Below the pieces are notes generated by a model. It did no database searches. It was given only the letters and a program-made list of their open reading frames with translations, and was not told the DNA's origin. Positions 23,259-34,324 of a stretch of DNA of 64,000 bases are shown here, in pieces. This DNA is from an uncultured cyanobacterium (GTDB taxonomy: Bacteria > Cyanobacteriota > Cyanobacteriia > Cyanobacteriales > CAWUOF01), in NCBI GenBank assembly GCA_963744145.1, contig CAVUSO010000001.1, positions 1,024,001-1,088,000 of the forward strand, written 5' to 3'. The translations under genes were made by a program, and so were the position numbers. Numbering within the stretch: position 1 is the stretch's first letter; the number at the start of each line of letters is the position of its first letter.

Positions 23259-24809
23259 ATGACATGGAAACGTTTGATTGTAAGGCTGATTTTAATTTCC
23301 CTGACGATTATGGCAATCTGGTCGATGGGCTATGATTTACTGCAAAGTTGGCATAAACCTCAGATTCAAAGTCGTCTAGAGTTATATCAAGCCAATCTGT
23401 TTCTCCATGCTGCCCAATGGCACCCTAAATCAGATTTGGATCTAAAAAGTTTTAGTAATAATTTACGAGAACAAGCTCAAACAGGTTTAGAGCAAGAGCG
23501 AGATGCTTTGAAATTGCACCAAACCTCATTGCTCCCAGCTACTGAGTCTACCCAGATCGCTCCAAGTCCCATGATATCTGCTCAAGATCAATCCTTGGTT
23601 ACTACTAAATTGGTAACTCAATCTCAATTGGATGAGTTAGATTTGCGGTTGGGTCTAGTTAAAGCTAGTAGTGGACATATAGATGAAGCGATCCAAGGGT
23701 GGACCAGTTTGCTTGAGCGTCCCCAGACTCTGATTACAGATCCACAATTACAAGTTGAAGTCAAAACTAAACTGAAAACTGCTACAGTTTTGATCGGACT
23801 TTGGAGCAATCCACCCCGCATTTTACCTAATGCGGAAACTTTGATTCAAAAACATTTAGACGGATGGTTTCGTTATAGTGCTTTAGCTCAACTTTATCAA
23901 TTACAGCAACGTCAAGATGCTTTTACTAATCTGTTCGCAAGTGAACAGTTAATTGCCCAGCAAGCATTAGTAAAATTAGTTATTCTCAATGTTATTCCTC
24001 TGTTAGCAGGTGTAACTGGAGTCGGTTTACTGATTTTTTTACTGATCCAGTTAGCTATCAAACGTCAAGAATCTTTTCTGGCTCAAAATGCTAATCTCTC
24101 TTGGGAGACACCTTGGAATGGTGAAACTATTTGGCAAGTTTTAGTCATCGGATTTTTCTTTGTTAGTCAGATTTTTCTACCGCTCTTGCTAGGATCGCTT
24201 GGGTTTGCACCAGAAAAATTTAATGTCCGCTCTCAGTCATTTTATTTGCTGTTTACTTACGTTTTATCCGCTAGTGGAGGACTAATGGTTCTCTATTTTT
24301 TGATTAAAGATTTTCTCCCTTTACCAGAAAGCTGGTTTCGGATATCTTTAAAAAGTAACTGGTTTTGGTGGGGGTTAGGTGGTTATTGTGTCGCTTTACC
24401 CTTAGTAATTATAGTCTCGTTAATTAATCAGCAACTTTGGCAAGGATTGGGAGGTAGTAATCCGATTTTGCCGATCGCGTTAGAAGGTAAAGATGGGTTA
24501 GCTTTAGTGATATTTTTTATCACCGCTTCGATCGCAGCACCAATTTATGAGGAGATTTTATTTCGAGGGTTTTTGTTACCATCATTAACTCGTTATTTAC
24601 CCTTATGGGGAGCGATCGCTGTGAGTAGTTTGTTGTTTGCTTTAGCCCATTTGAGTTTATCTGAAGTATTACCTTTAACTACTTTAGGAATGGTGCTAGC
24701 ATTTGTCTATACCCGATCGCGTAATTTACTATCTTCCATGTTTCTCCATAGTCTCTGGAATGCCGGAACTTTATTAAGTTTATATATCTTAGGAAGTAGT
24801 ACAAATTAA
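23259..24809 (+). CDS. CPBP (Abi/CAAX) family intramembrane metalloprotease
   Basis: APIYEEILFRG, FALAH, LHSLWN; multiple TM helices. Confidence 0.9.
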   Translation: MTWKRLIVRLILISLTIMAIWSMGYDLLQSWHKPQIQSRLELYQANLFLHAAQWHPKSDLDLKSFSNNLREQAQTGLEQERDALKLHQTSLLPATESTQIAPSPMISAQDQSLVTTKLVTQSQLDELDLRLGLVKASSGHIDEAIQGWTSLLERPQTLITDPQLQVEVKTKLKTATVLIGLWSNPPRILPNAETLIQKHLDGWFRYSALAQLYQLQQRQDAFTNLFASEQLIAQQALVKLVILNVIPLLAGVTGVGLLIFLLIQLAIKRQESFLAQNANLSWETPWNGETIWQVLVIGFFFVSQIFLPLLLGSLGFAPEKFNVRSQSFYLLFTYVLSASGGLMVLYFLIKDFLPLPESWFRISLKSNWFWWGLGGYCVALPLVIIVSLINQQLWQGLGGSNPILPIALEGKDGLALVIFFITASIAAPIYEEILFRGFLLPSLTRYLPLWGAIAVSSLLFALAHLSLSEVLPLTTLGMVLAFVYTRSRNLLSSMFLHSLWNAGTLLSLYILGSSTN

Positions 24810-24955
24810 TGTTCGAGAGCGGTAATAATCATAACCAAAAATTAATCTTTGCCAACATCTGTTCAAGGTATATATTAAGCATAGAACTAATTTTGCTCAA
24901 GTTACGGTTACGAAAGTAGTCGGCTAATTCCCAATTATTTTAAGGAGAAAAATCA

Positions 24956-25462
24956 ATGACAATTTCCATGTATCATGCTTCAGTTCCTAGTCTGGTCAAG
25001 ACTCTGACCAATCTGACCAATATTTTGGAGAAAGGTGCTGAATACGCAGAAACTAAAAAGATTGATCCGACCGTGCTGATCAATACTCGTTTATATCCAG
25101 ATATGTTCCCCTTAGCAAGACAGGTACAAATTGCTTCAGATATTGCGAAAAACGGAATCTCAAAATTATCGGAAGTAGCAGCACCCGTATTTGAGGATAA
25201 TGAAAAGAGTTTTCCTGAACTGATCACCAGAATTGAGAAAACGATCATCTACTTAAATACGATCACCCCAGAACAAATTGATGGTTCAGAGGAAAAAGCA
25301 ATTGCTTTGGAAGTTGGCAAAAATACGCTGAATTTTGGGGGAATGGCATTTCTATTAGAATTTGTTCTTCCCAATGTTTATTTTCATGTTACAACAACTT
25401 ATAATATTCTGAGACACTGTGGAGTAGAAATTGGCAAACGCGATTTTCTGGGCAAGATTTAA
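24956..25462 (+). CDS. DUF1993 family protein
   Basis: RLYPDMFPLARQVQIASD, LPNVYFHVTTTY.ILRH.GVEIGKRDFLG; AGGAG RBS. Confidence 0.88.
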   Translation: MTISMYHASVPSLVKTLTNLTNILEKGAEYAETKKIDPTVLINTRLYPDMFPLARQVQIASDIAKNGISKLSEVAAPVFEDNEKSFPELITRIEKTIIYLNTITPEQIDGSEEKAIALEVGKNTLNFGGMAFLLEFVLPNVYFHVTTTYNILRHCGVEIGKRDFLGKI

Positions 25463-25502
25463 GTAAATTAAGTAGGGTGCTGAACCGAGCAGAGATTTGC
25501 GC

Positions 25503-25591
25503 TAATACCAATTTAATGTGAAGTTGCACAGATCCCCCTCGCATCCCCCTTAAAAAGGGGGACTTTAATTCATGCTCCCCCTTTTTAAGGG
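25503..25591. repeat. Cyanobacterial intergenic repeat remnant (TAATACCAATT end plus CCCCCTTAAAAAGGGGG hairpins)
   Basis: TCCCCCTTAAAAAGGGGGA hairpin and a second partial copy; the left end matches the IR of the element at 34245. Confidence 0.55.
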
Positions 25592-25603
25592 CACTAAAAA
25601 ATT

Positions 25604-26218
25604 ATGCTAGTATTAGACCCAAACAACCTCCAACCTATAGTAGATCAACGTCTCGTGCTTTACGATATCACCTGGGAACAGTACGAGCAACTTGCTGATC
25701 TGTTTGTGGATGAGTGTTCCCGGATGAATTACTTGGAAGGGACACTAGAAATTATTATGACTACTTCTCCAGAACATGAAAGACTAAAAACTATTATTGC
25801 GCGTTTAATAGAAACTTATGCTGTGGAAAAGAGAATTTCTCTTAATGGTTATGGTAGCGCTACTTTTCGTCGTCGAGCGACTAGAAGGGGTGCAGAACCT
25901 GATGAATGCTACTGTTTAGGTGTTCTCAATGAAGTACCGGATATTGTGATCGAAATTGTCTTGACTAGCGGTGGTGTTGATAAATTAGCAGTATATCAAG
26001 GGTTAGAAGTTCCGGAAGTCTGGTTTTGGGAAAATGAGCAATTTTCTCTGTACCGCTTGCGATCGCAATCATATCACTCAATCTCCAAAAGCGAGTTTTT
26101 ACCAGGATTAGATCTATCTCTGCTGATTCAATATATCGGATATTCAGATCAAACTGAAGCAGTTATTGCTTATCGAGAAGCGTTAACAATGAACTCTTTC
26201 CCTGAACATCATCCATAA
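25604..26218 (+). CDS. Uma2 family (PD-(D/E)xK) endonuclease
   Basis: ITWEQYE, G.LEI, SPEHE, EPDECY, PDIVIEI, Y..LEVPEVW.W. Confidence 0.9.
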   Translation: MLVLDPNNLQPIVDQRLVLYDITWEQYEQLADLFVDECSRMNYLEGTLEIIMTTSPEHERLKTIIARLIETYAVEKRISLNGYGSATFRRRATRRGAEPDECYCLGVLNEVPDIVIEIVLTSGGVDKLAVYQGLEVPEVWFWENEQFSLYRLRSQSYHSISKSEFLPGLDLSLLIQYIGYSDQTEAVIAYREALTMNSFPEHHP

Positions 26219-26260
26219 AATTAACATAGTAAGTTTAGTTCCCAGTCAATTTTAATATCT

Positions 26261-28675
26261 ATGGCACTTTCCCCAAAAACTTTGACCACTATCCCGAGTC
26301 CACCCCTAGAAAAGATTACCTTAGACGTGGGGGGAATGAAATGTGCTGGTTGTGTCAAAGCTGTAGAACGACAGTTAACCCAATACCCAGGGGTAATTTC
26401 TGCTGCTGTTAACCTGATGACAGAAATAGCACTAGTAGAATGTGCAACAACTGTAGATCCAATTGCGTTAGCAGAAAAATTAACATCGACTGGTTTTCCC
26501 ACCCAACCACGAATTATCAGTGAAGAGCATCAACCCCTCAGTCTAGCAGAAAGACATCATCAAGAAATTAAACAGCAAATTCGGAACCTAATTATTGCGG
26601 GAATTCTGATTTTTTTATCGGGAATTGGACATTTTAGCCAACATTTTGCCATCCTGACTAATATTTGGATTCATTGGGGGTTAGCAACACTAGCGCTATT
26701 ATTGCCAGGACGTTCCATTATATTAGATGGTTGGCGGGGATGGTGGCAAGGGCATCCCAATATGAATACTTTAGTCGGATTAGGAACGATCAGCGCATAT
26801 TTAGCTAGTGTGGTCGCTCTGTTATTTCCCCAAATGGGTTGGGAATGTTTTTTTGATGAACCAGTAATGTTATTAGGATTTATTCTGCTGGGAAAAACCC
26901 TAGAACAGATAGCCAGAGTTAGAGCTACAGCTGCTTTACAATCTCTTTTAGCATGGCAACCCGCAACTGCGCGATTAGTGGTTAATCCATCAGTACCTGA
27001 AGCAACAACTGAAAATCAAACTTCATCATTACCTATTTATGAAGAAATTCCTACCCAAAAAGTGCGCGTCGGGGATTGGGTACAGGTATTACCAGGAGAA
27101 AAAATCCCTGTGGATGGGGAAGTCTGGGAGGGAAAAACTACTGTTGATGAGTCGATGTTGACTGGGGAAGCTATACCAGTATTAAAGCAAACTGGCGATA
27201 TTGTGACTGGGGGGACTTTAAATCAGTCTGGGGTAATTGTATTGCGAGCAACTCGGACTGGCCAGGATACAACTTTAGCACAAATAGTTTCTTTAGTAGA
27301 AGCAGCTCAAGCCCGCAAAGCACCGATCCAGAAGTTAGCGGATACAGTAGCAGGTTATTTTACTTATGGGGTAATGAGTGCAGCAGTTTTTACCTTGGTC
27401 TTTTGGTATTTTCTTGGCACTCGTCTTTGGTCAGATGTATTAGTAGCTAGTAGTTCAGGGTTGATGATTCATAATTTATCAGGAATGCTGATCCCAGGTG
27501 AACTAGCAAATCTCAATCATCAACCTTTGTTGTTAAGTTTAAAATTAGCGATCGCCGTTTTAGTAGTAGCCTGTCCCTGTGCTTTAGGATTAGCTACCCC
27601 GACAGCGATTTTAGTCGGAACTAGCATTGGTGCGGAAAGGGGGTTATTAATTCGGGGTGGAGATGTTTTAGAAAGACTGCAAAAAATCGACACTGTTGTC
27701 TTTGATAAAACTGGCACAATCACAACCGGCGATCCCACCGTAACGGATTGCATTCCTATCATGGGGGATCATGCTCAGATTAATTCTCAAATTATCCTCC
27801 AAATGGCTGCTGCTGCTGAAAGTGGCACTACACATCCTTTGGCAGTAGCTATTTTAAAGGAAGCCGATCGCCAAAAATTATCTCCTTTGAGCGCCAAGGA
27901 TTTTCATACGGAAGTAGGATTAGGTGTGCAAGCGATCGTCAATGGTGATCAGGTTTTAGTCGGAACTAGGGAGTGGTTAGCAGTTCATGGGGTTGAGATT
28001 AGTAGAGCTGATGATTTGGTACAGATACTAGGAAAACAAGGAAAAACCGTAGTTTATGTAGCGATCGCAGGTGTTTTAGCTGGTTTAATTGCTTGTCTTG
28101 ATACTTTAAGACCTGATGCTAAAGCTACAATAGCCAGACTCAAGCAAATGGGATTGCGGGTAATTTTGCTGACTGGGGATCGACCTTTAGCAGCAATGGC
28201 GATCGGGACGGCGGTAGAACTTGACCCAACGGCAATCCAGGCTGATCTGCGTCCAGTGGCCAAAGCCACAGCGATCGCCCAATTGCAAGCTCAGGGATCT
28301 GTTGTTGCGATGGTTGGGGATGGGATTAATGATGCTCCCGCTTTAGCACAAGCTGATGTGGGGATTGCTTGGGCTAAAGGTACAGATGTGGCTGTAGAGA
28401 CAGCAGGGATTGTATTAATGCGCGATCAGTTAATGGATGTCATTCATTCAATTTACTTGAGTCGCCGTACTCTCAATAAAATTCGCCAAAATTTATTCTG
28501 GGCGTTTGCTTATAATACCCTGGGGATTCCGATCGCTGGGGGGATTTTACTACCAGCCTTTGGGATTTTACTTAGTCCAGCAGCGGCTGGGGCTTTGATG
28601 GCTTTTAGTTCGGTAAGTGTAGTTACGAATTCTTTATTATTACGTTATACTGCCCATTTTGATCACAAATGTTAG
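26261..28675 (+). CDS. ctaA: Cu-transporting P1B-type ATPase (CtaA-like)
   Basis: HMA motif [37 protein letters not shown] and MAFSS. Confidence 0.9.
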   Translation: MALSPKTLTTIPSPPLEKITLDVGGMKCAGCVKAVERQLTQYPGVISAAVNLMTEIALVECATTVDPIALAEKLTSTGFPTQPRIISEEHQPLSLAERHHQEIKQQIRNLIIAGILIFLSGIGHFSQHFAILTNIWIHWGLATLALLLPGRSIILDGWRGWWQGHPNMNTLVGLGTISAYLASVVALLFPQMGWECFFDEPVMLLGFILLGKTLEQIARVRATAALQSLLAWQPATARLVVNPSVPEATTENQTSSLPIYEEIPTQKVRVGDWVQVLPGEKIPVDGEVWEGKTTVDESMLTGEAIPVLKQTGDIVTGGTLNQSGVIVLRATRTGQDTTLAQIVSLVEAAQARKAPIQKLADTVAGYFTYGVMSAAVFTLVFWYFLGTRLWSDVLVASSSGLMIHNLSGMLIPGELANLNHQPLLLSLKLAIAVLVVACPCALGLATPTAILVGTSIGAERGLLIRGGDVLERLQKIDTVVFDKTGTITTGDPTVTDCIPIMGDHAQINSQIILQMAAAAESGTTHPLAVAILKEADRQKLSPLSAKDFHTEVGLGVQAIVNGDQVLVGTREWLAVHGVEISRADDLVQILGKQGKTVVYVAIAGVLAGLIACLDTLRPDAKATIARLKQMGLRVILLTGDRPLAAMAIGTAVELDPTAIQADLRPVAKATAIAQLQAQGSVVAMVGDGINDAPALAQADVGIAWAKGTDVAVETAGIVLMRDQLMDVIHSIYLSRRTLNKIRQNLFWAFAYNTLGIPIAGGILLPAFGILLSPAAAGALMAFSSVSVVTNSLLLRYTAHFDHKC

Positions 28676-28797
28676 CAGACAATGTTCGATTCCTAATCTT
28701 TTGTTGATCCATTACTGATTGGGAGTGTTTTTTGCTCACAAGTATGAGCAAAGCACTAGACTTTAATTCAAAGCCTCATAAGATGTCAAATGGGGTT

Positions 28798-29224
28798 CTA
28801 TAACTTTGGCGGATGTTCTCCCATCTTCACCCACATCTTCCGTACCCGAATTAATTGCGGACGATTCATTTTCAAAGCACTAATTGTCCCTCGGACCAAC
28901 AGAGGTAAGACCAATAATTTCTGTTGCATCTTGATTCCAGGCAAAATGCTCTGACCAAGACTGAAGACAGGGATGAAATAAAGAAACTAGCTGCTCAGTT
29001 AAGGGATCAACCACCATCTGACGAATTGCTTTGTAGCGATTGCAAGCTGGGCAAGCCAAGCAGAGATTTTCCAAAACCGTCTTACCACCTGCACAGAGGG
29101 GAATAATATGTTCAAATTCAAAATTAGTAACAGTTAGCGCTTCCTGCGTCCGACAATAAGCGCAATGTTCATTAAACCTAGTGCGAACTTGTCGCTGTAA
29201 CTCGACAGAAATATAAACACTCAT
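28798..29224 (-). pseudogene. HNH endonuclease with a +1 frameshift near the 3' end
   Basis: CAYC, EHIIP..GG...NLCLAC..CN. Removing one base at ~28891-28897 restores GRGTISALKMNRPQLIRVRKMW..GEHPPKL*, matching the C-terminus type of the paralogue at 39620. Confidence 0.75.
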
Positions 29225-29565
29225 ACTGACGAGAAAGCTGACAAGCGTTTTAAGGTATATCTGGCACGAGTTTTGAGGATCGTTAGCTGATCGATTTGTG
29301 CTAAAAGATGGTCTAGCTCGGTGAGTTGTTCAGCCGAGAGTTGGGTTTTGGCATTGAGAGCAAGAAGTTCATCGAGATTGGTTTGGGTAGCGGGAGCCAA
29401 TATACTTTCAGCTAGAGCTTGTAGTTCGGCTTGACTTAAACCAGTCAAGCACTCCTCATCATCAATAGTCTTTTCGTTGGCCAACCGACTGTAGACATCT
29501 AAATCTAATAATACTCCGATTCGCTCTCCCTGCTCGTTGGTAAGATAACGTACCTGTGTACACAT
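29221..29565 (-). CDS. Small helical protein coupled to the HNH gene (putative antitoxin)
   Basis: YLTNEQGERIGVLL N-terminus; ATGA overlap with the HNH start. Confidence 0.65.
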   Translation of the reverse strand: MCTQVRYLTNEQGERIGVLLDLDVYSRLANEKTIDDEECLTGLSQAELQALAESILAPATQTNLDELLALNAKTQLSAEQLTELDHLLAQIDQLTILKTRARYTLKRLSAFSSV

Positions 29566-29835
29566 AGTGAGAGTAATTTAATTTAATAGTAACTAGGTTA
29601 ATCTTAACTGACTTTTGAGATCAATGCTTCCTAAAAACTCTGATTGATTTTGTGAATTAACGAGAGGGGCGATCGGCTCGGACGGGCAAGATGCCCATCC
29701 CAAAGCGTTTACTAGCATGAAACAGCTCTGCTGGTCTAAGAGGTGCAAGGTTTTCAACTCTGATCCTGATAAAAATTTACCCTTGCTCTTTAGAGCAAGG
29801 GTAGAAAAGAGAGCAAAGCTTTCAGCCTATAGCTG

Positions 29836-30183
29836 CTATTCAGAAAAGTTTTCCACCAGTTTCCAGTTGCGATTTTCCATAATCGCCTGTTTGACGATCT
29901 CAAACATTTGATAACAATGGTTATTGTTATGCAGAGGTAATTCCTCGTTTTTAATCACGAACTTCATCCGAATTTCGCTGTCAGTAGCAGTAGTTTTGTC
30001 GATGAGGACTTCTACAGTTACCAGTTTCGGAAAAGAGACTCCGCCCGGTATTTCTCGAGCCATCATATAGTCCTCAGTATCATAGATGATATCCATACTA
30101 CAAGCTTCTAGCACCTGTGTGAGCAAGTGCCTGAGACGTTCAATGGGAACGGCGATGATACATGAACAGGTGTAGCGAGCCAT
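29836..30183 (-). CDS. Hypothetical protein (probably conserved in cyanobacteria)
   Basis: MARYTC..., DYMMARE.PG.V.F.KLVTVEVLID, KNEELPL. Confidence 0.75.
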   Translation of the reverse strand: MARYTCSCIIAVPIERLRHLLTQVLEACSMDIIYDTEDYMMAREIPGGVSFPKLVTVEVLIDKTTATDSEIRMKFVIKNEELPLHNNNHCYQMFEIVKQAIMENRNWKLVENFSE

Positions 30184-30286
30184 AGAAGAGTCGGATGTGG
30201 TACACTAAGACCATCTAATCATACCTAACCTTGGCAAATCGGCATAATAGGTAAAATTTGATGGATTAATTTCCTATAACTACTGA

Positions 30287-31288
30287 ATGGATGGTTTTAC
30301 AGAACTTGTAGGGCAAAGTCAAGCAGTGGAGTTGCTTACCCAAGCAGTGACCAAAAATCGGGTTGCCCCTGCTTATTTGTTTGTTGGCCCGACAGGAATA
30401 GGGCGAAGTTTAGCTGCGAAGTGTTTTGTCGAGTTTTTGTTTAGCTTTAAGCTGACTGAGATGGAGTTAGTTAAATCGATTAAAAACCGGGTCAATCTGG
30501 GAAACCATCCGGATTTACTTTGGGTAGAACCTACCTATCTCCACCAAGGTAAAAGAATTTCAACCGCTGAAGCAGTAACTTTGGGGGTCAAACGGAAAGC
30601 TCCACCTCAAATTCGTCTGGAACAAGTCCGAGAAATTAGTCAGTTTCTTAGTCGTCCACCGTTATTGGGGTCACGTTCTCTGGTGGTGATTGAACAAACC
30701 GAGACCATGAATGAAAGTGCAGCTAATGGTTTACTGAAAACTCTTGAGGAGCCAGGAAGGGCTACTTTAATTTTAATTACACCTAGCTTAGACTCTTTGT
30801 TGCCCACAATTGTCTCTCGCTGTCAGCGCATTCCTTTTTATCGGTTGAAGACTGAGGATATGAACCAGGTATTACAGCAAACTGGTAATCAGGAAATTTT
30901 AACTCATCCAGAAATATTGGCGATCGCCCAGGGTAGTCCAGGAGCTGCGATCGCTTCTTGGGAACTCTGGCAAAAAATTCCGTCTGAGTTACTTCATCAG
31001 GCTCGACAATTACCCCAATCTTTTGGGGGACATGAAGCTAAATCTTTACGTTTGAGTCTGGAACTTGCTCACCAGATTGAGCAAGGATTGGAACTAGAAA
31101 CTCAGCTTTGGTTAATTGACTATTTACAACAATGTTACTGGCAACAATTTTTAGAAAAAACTATTCCGGTGTTGCTTTTAGAACCTTTAGAAAATGCCAA
31201 GCGATATTTACAAAGATTTGCTCAACCGCGTTTAGTTTGGGAATGTACTTTGATGATGATGTATAAATTAATGTATTCTGTTAATTAG
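30287..31288 (+). CDS. holB: DNA polymerase III subunit delta'
   Basis: PAYLFVGP.GIGR, HPDLLWVEP, AANGLLKTLEEP, LLPTIVSRCQ. Confidence 0.92.
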   Translation: MDGFTELVGQSQAVELLTQAVTKNRVAPAYLFVGPTGIGRSLAAKCFVEFLFSFKLTEMELVKSIKNRVNLGNHPDLLWVEPTYLHQGKRISTAEAVTLGVKRKAPPQIRLEQVREISQFLSRPPLLGSRSLVVIEQTETMNESAANGLLKTLEEPGRATLILITPSLDSLLPTIVSRCQRIPFYRLKTEDMNQVLQQTGNQEILTHPEILAIAQGSPGAAIASWELWQKIPSELLHQARQLPQSFGGHEAKSLRLSLELAHQIEQGLELETQLWLIDYLQQCYWQQFLEKTIPVLLLEPLENAKRYLQRFAQPRLVWECTLMMMYKLMYSVN

Positions 31289-31308
31289 GGCGATCAAGGA
31301 AATTACAG

Positions 31309-31890
31309 ATGCTGAAAGTCAGAAATTTTACACCAGTTTTAATCATGAGCTTGTATTTAGGTAATTATCCCCTTAGTAATAAGGTTGTTGCTGAAGTCCC
31401 GCTGCAAATAGCAGAATCAACCTGGAAAACATTTACTTCGACTGAGGATGGATTTAGTATATTAATGCCAATTATACCGACCTTACAAACTCGGGATCTG
31501 AAATTGAATAAATCTGTCATTACTTCTAAAGTATTTTCTGTCAATAATGAAGATGTGGTTTATGGGATTGAAGTTAGATATTACCCTGCCAAGGATAGTG
31601 AGATTACCATCGCTAATCCGAACGGATATTTTGATTTAATTTTATCGGAAATTGTTAGTAAGTATAATATTTTAAAACATCGACATAAGCTGACACTCAA
31701 TGGTTATCCTGGTCAAGAGTTTGAGGTAGAAATGACTACAGGTACAGAGATAAAGTTGCTGAAGAGAAGGATGTATTTGGTGAATAATAAAATGTATATA
31801 ATTGGGGCATATATGCCAATTGGAATGAGAATCAATTTGGCGACAAGTACCTCAGATTTTCTTAATTCATTTAAACTATTAGAGCAATAA
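31309..31890 (+). CDS. Secreted hypothetical protein
   Basis: Signal-like N-terminus; W..F.S..GFSILMP, LNGYPGQEF, FLNSFKL. Confidence 0.65.
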   Translation: MLKVRNFTPVLIMSLYLGNYPLSNKVVAEVPLQIAESTWKTFTSTEDGFSILMPIIPTLQTRDLKLNKSVITSKVFSVNNEDVVYGIEVRYYPAKDSEITIANPNGYFDLILSEIVSKYNILKHRHKLTLNGYPGQEFEVEMTTGTEIKLLKRRMYLVNNKMYIIGAYMPIGMRINLATSTSDFLNSFKLLEQ

Positions 31891-31926
31891 TTTACTGATA
31901 AAACCGTTAGCGATCGCCAGGTAAAA

Positions 31927-32283
31927 ATGAAAAACAGTTGGTTTATCACCATAGCGTTAATATTACTTACAATTCCCGTTAAAGCATCTGAAATTAGATG
32001 TGGATGGTTAGACAATTCAATGTCAGCTAATTGGTTGCTAATCGACCAAGATGGTAGTTGGACGATCTCAACACCAGGAGGATACCACGCTGAGGGAATA
32101 ATAAATATACCTAGTTTTGACAACCAGGAATATGTTAAAACCAAGGTTAACTATGGATATGGTTGTGAGTGCTTAAATGTTGTCACAGATAGCAGTCAGA
32201 TGAGAATTGTCAGCATCGAAAATGGTAAAGTATTAGCATTAAGTATTTGTCGTACCGATCCCTATTTGCCAAAAAAACATTAG
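31927..32283 (+). CDS. DUF4087-like secreted protein
   Basis: Signal peptide; E.RCGWLDN...NW.L.D.DG.W.I, NYGYGC.C. Confidence 0.75.
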   Translation: MKNSWFITIALILLTIPVKASEIRCGWLDNSMSANWLLIDQDGSWTISTPGGYHAEGIINIPSFDNQEYVKTKVNYGYGCECLNVVTDSSQMRIVSIENGKVLALSICRTDPYLPKKH

Positions 32284-32307
32284 GAATAGAAATTAAATAA
32301 TTCGATT

Positions 32308-32797
32308 AGGAAAACACTTTTTCACAGTTTTTAGCCTTCGCTTAACTCGCTGTTTAACTATTTGTAGATAGACATAAGGAAGTTCATTCAATTGTTTTAA
32401 TCAAGCATTTTTATAGGCCGCTAATTTATCCGTTGTTATTCTTAATAGATGGCTGTAATCCCATCTGCATAATTCTTTTAACTGTTTAACGTTGGTAGGG
32501 GCGTATTGCAATACGCCCCTACTGTATAGTTAGTTCGGGAACCAATCTCAAAGTTTATCCAGAATTTAGTCGCTGATTCCAGGCTAACAAATACCCAGAG
32601 CTGACGCTGCTTATTTTTTAGATATGACCAGAGTTCGTCCAATTGTAAATACTGAATTATTAGTCCAATCTGGCTAGCAAAAAAATGAACCTGTTCACTT
32701 TTGTCCGCTACCGCTAATATCCATCTTTCAATTGTTCTGGAATCTTTTTCTAAAACATCTGCAATCTGTTCTGCCGATCATCCATAAGTAACTAATT
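32308..32797 (-). pseudogene. IS1-family transposase remnant
   Basis: Manual translation: AEQIADVLEKDSRTIERW (HTH)...LQLDELWSYLKNKQRQLWVFV...EIGSRT...ITTDKLAAY; internal stops; interrupted by a REP. Confidence 0.75.
32495..32522. repeat. GTAG-type REP, perfect 28-bp palindrome
   Basis: GTAGGGGCGTATTGCAATACGCCCCTAC equals its own reverse complement. Confidence 0.85.
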
Positions 32798-33038
32798 TGA
32801 CGGTTTAAACTTCACTGGCGATCGCCAAGGAACACCATCCAACATTTTGACCGACAACCCGGATCAAACCATTGATCAATCGTTGTTAGTGGGTCGATGC
32901 CCCCTAGTGTTCTGGCCTGATTTTGATTTTATGTTGTAGCTATTATACCTGAATAAGACCCATTTTACCAACACCTGCACCATTTAGCAGGGAGTACCAA
33001 AAAGTCGATGAATTGATGATGACAATCAACCAGGATTT

Positions 33039-33096
33039 GTAGGGGCGGGTTCACCGATGAATTTATCACACACAAATAACTTTGATGAACCCGCCC
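33039..33096. repeat. GTAG-type REP hairpin (GGGCGGGTTCA...TGAACCCGCCC)
   Basis: 11-bp inverted repeat; degenerate relatives at ~43432-43494 and ~62917-62978. Confidence 0.7.
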
Positions 33097-33243
33097 AGCA
33101 TCACAGATCACCTTGATGAACCTACCCAATCTGACATGGCCAGACAACGCTGCCATACTTCATAAACCTGGAGTAGGCAGTAGATTCATGCTCTCTTTTT
33201 TACCAGATTCTCAGTTCATCTGCATTGAGAGTAGGAAAAGTTT

Positions 33244-33705
33244 ATGATCGCGAGCATAACCTTTTTGCAGGAACTGAATATGCTTGATATTGGACTAACA
33301 CATATCGCTCTACCAGTATCGGATATTGACCGAAGTATTGAGTTCTATACAACTTATGCTGGAATGCAGGTTGTGCATCATCGCACTGATCCAGAAGGAG
33401 GGTCTGCCGTCGTCTGGTTAACTGATTTTACTCGACCATTTGCGATCGTTCTGATTCAGACCAACTCAGTGCATCCTGTACTCTCTCCATTTGCCCATCT
33501 AGGAATTGGCTGTAAGAGCCGCGAAGCTATGAACGCACTTTGTAACCAGGCTGACCAAGCAGGAATATTAGTGGAAGAACCTAAAGATTCTGGGTATCCT
33601 GTTGGCTATTGGGCATTTTTGCGAGATCCCGATGGTCACACTCTGGAACTATCCTATGGTCAAGAGATTGGACTGACCGTGAATCAAAAATTGGCTAGTT
33701 TATAA
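33244..33705 (+). CDS. VOC/glyoxalase family protein
   Basis: LTHIALPV.D..RS..FY, AHLG, DPDGHTLELS; start may be ATG 33280. Confidence 0.9.
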   Translation: MIASITFLQELNMLDIGLTHIALPVSDIDRSIEFYTTYAGMQVVHHRTDPEGGSAVVWLTDFTRPFAIVLIQTNSVHPVLSPFAHLGIGCKSREAMNALCNQADQAGILVEEPKDSGYPVGYWAFLRDPDGHTLELSYGQEIGLTVNQKLASL

Positions 33706-33856
33706 TTATATATAGATGGGGATCAGCTATTCTCCTAAGTAAGTGGGTGGAAAAGTTTATCAGTATGTAACGAAAAGTTAACCCGTGGGGGGAGAGTTAA
33801 ATTTAACCAATTCTCTTAAACCACTGCATCCTACTTGATCTGAAATCTAATGATGT

Positions 33857-33975
33857 TTGCATAAACTATTAATTTTGGAGCAACTTCTTTAACTAATTTG
33901 AGTCGTTGAGATTCATCATCATCTAAATCTTTCTGATTTTTAAGTAACACATATTTACTCTTAATTAATCCGCCT
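33857..33975 (-). pseudogene. ISL3-family transposase fragment
   Basis: Manual translation GLIKSKYVLLKNQKDLDDDESQRLKLVKEVAP resembles cyanobacterial ISL3 transposases. Confidence 0.55.
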
Positions 33976-34244
33976 AATATTGGCGATTTTTCTTGTTGAT
34001 TTTCCAATGGCTGCTAATGGTGATGCAAGGCTTTTGAGTTATTTTACACCTCTTTCTTGCACCTGACTAGGTTTCTATAGGGCGGTAATCTATATGTTGC
34101 TAACATGGTGCGCTCCACACAGTTTCCCAAATAGCAGCGGGCAAGTTCCCCATTATTTCTAGTTCTGTGACTAACTAGTTGGCTTTGTCTATGGTGGCGA
34201 TCGCGATCTGCTCAACCAACCCCCAAGCAGCACCAAACACAGAC

Positions 34245-34322
34245 TAATACCAATTTCATAAATTAGCACTACAGATGATATATATAGACTATCTGTAGTC
34301 ATAATTGTCAGAATTGGTATTA
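34245..34322. repeat. Short MITE-like nested inverted repeat at the serC 3' end
   Basis: TAATACCAATT...AATTGGTATTA outer IR and CTACAGAT...ATCTGTAG inner IR. Confidence 0.7.
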
Positions 34323-34324
34323 AT

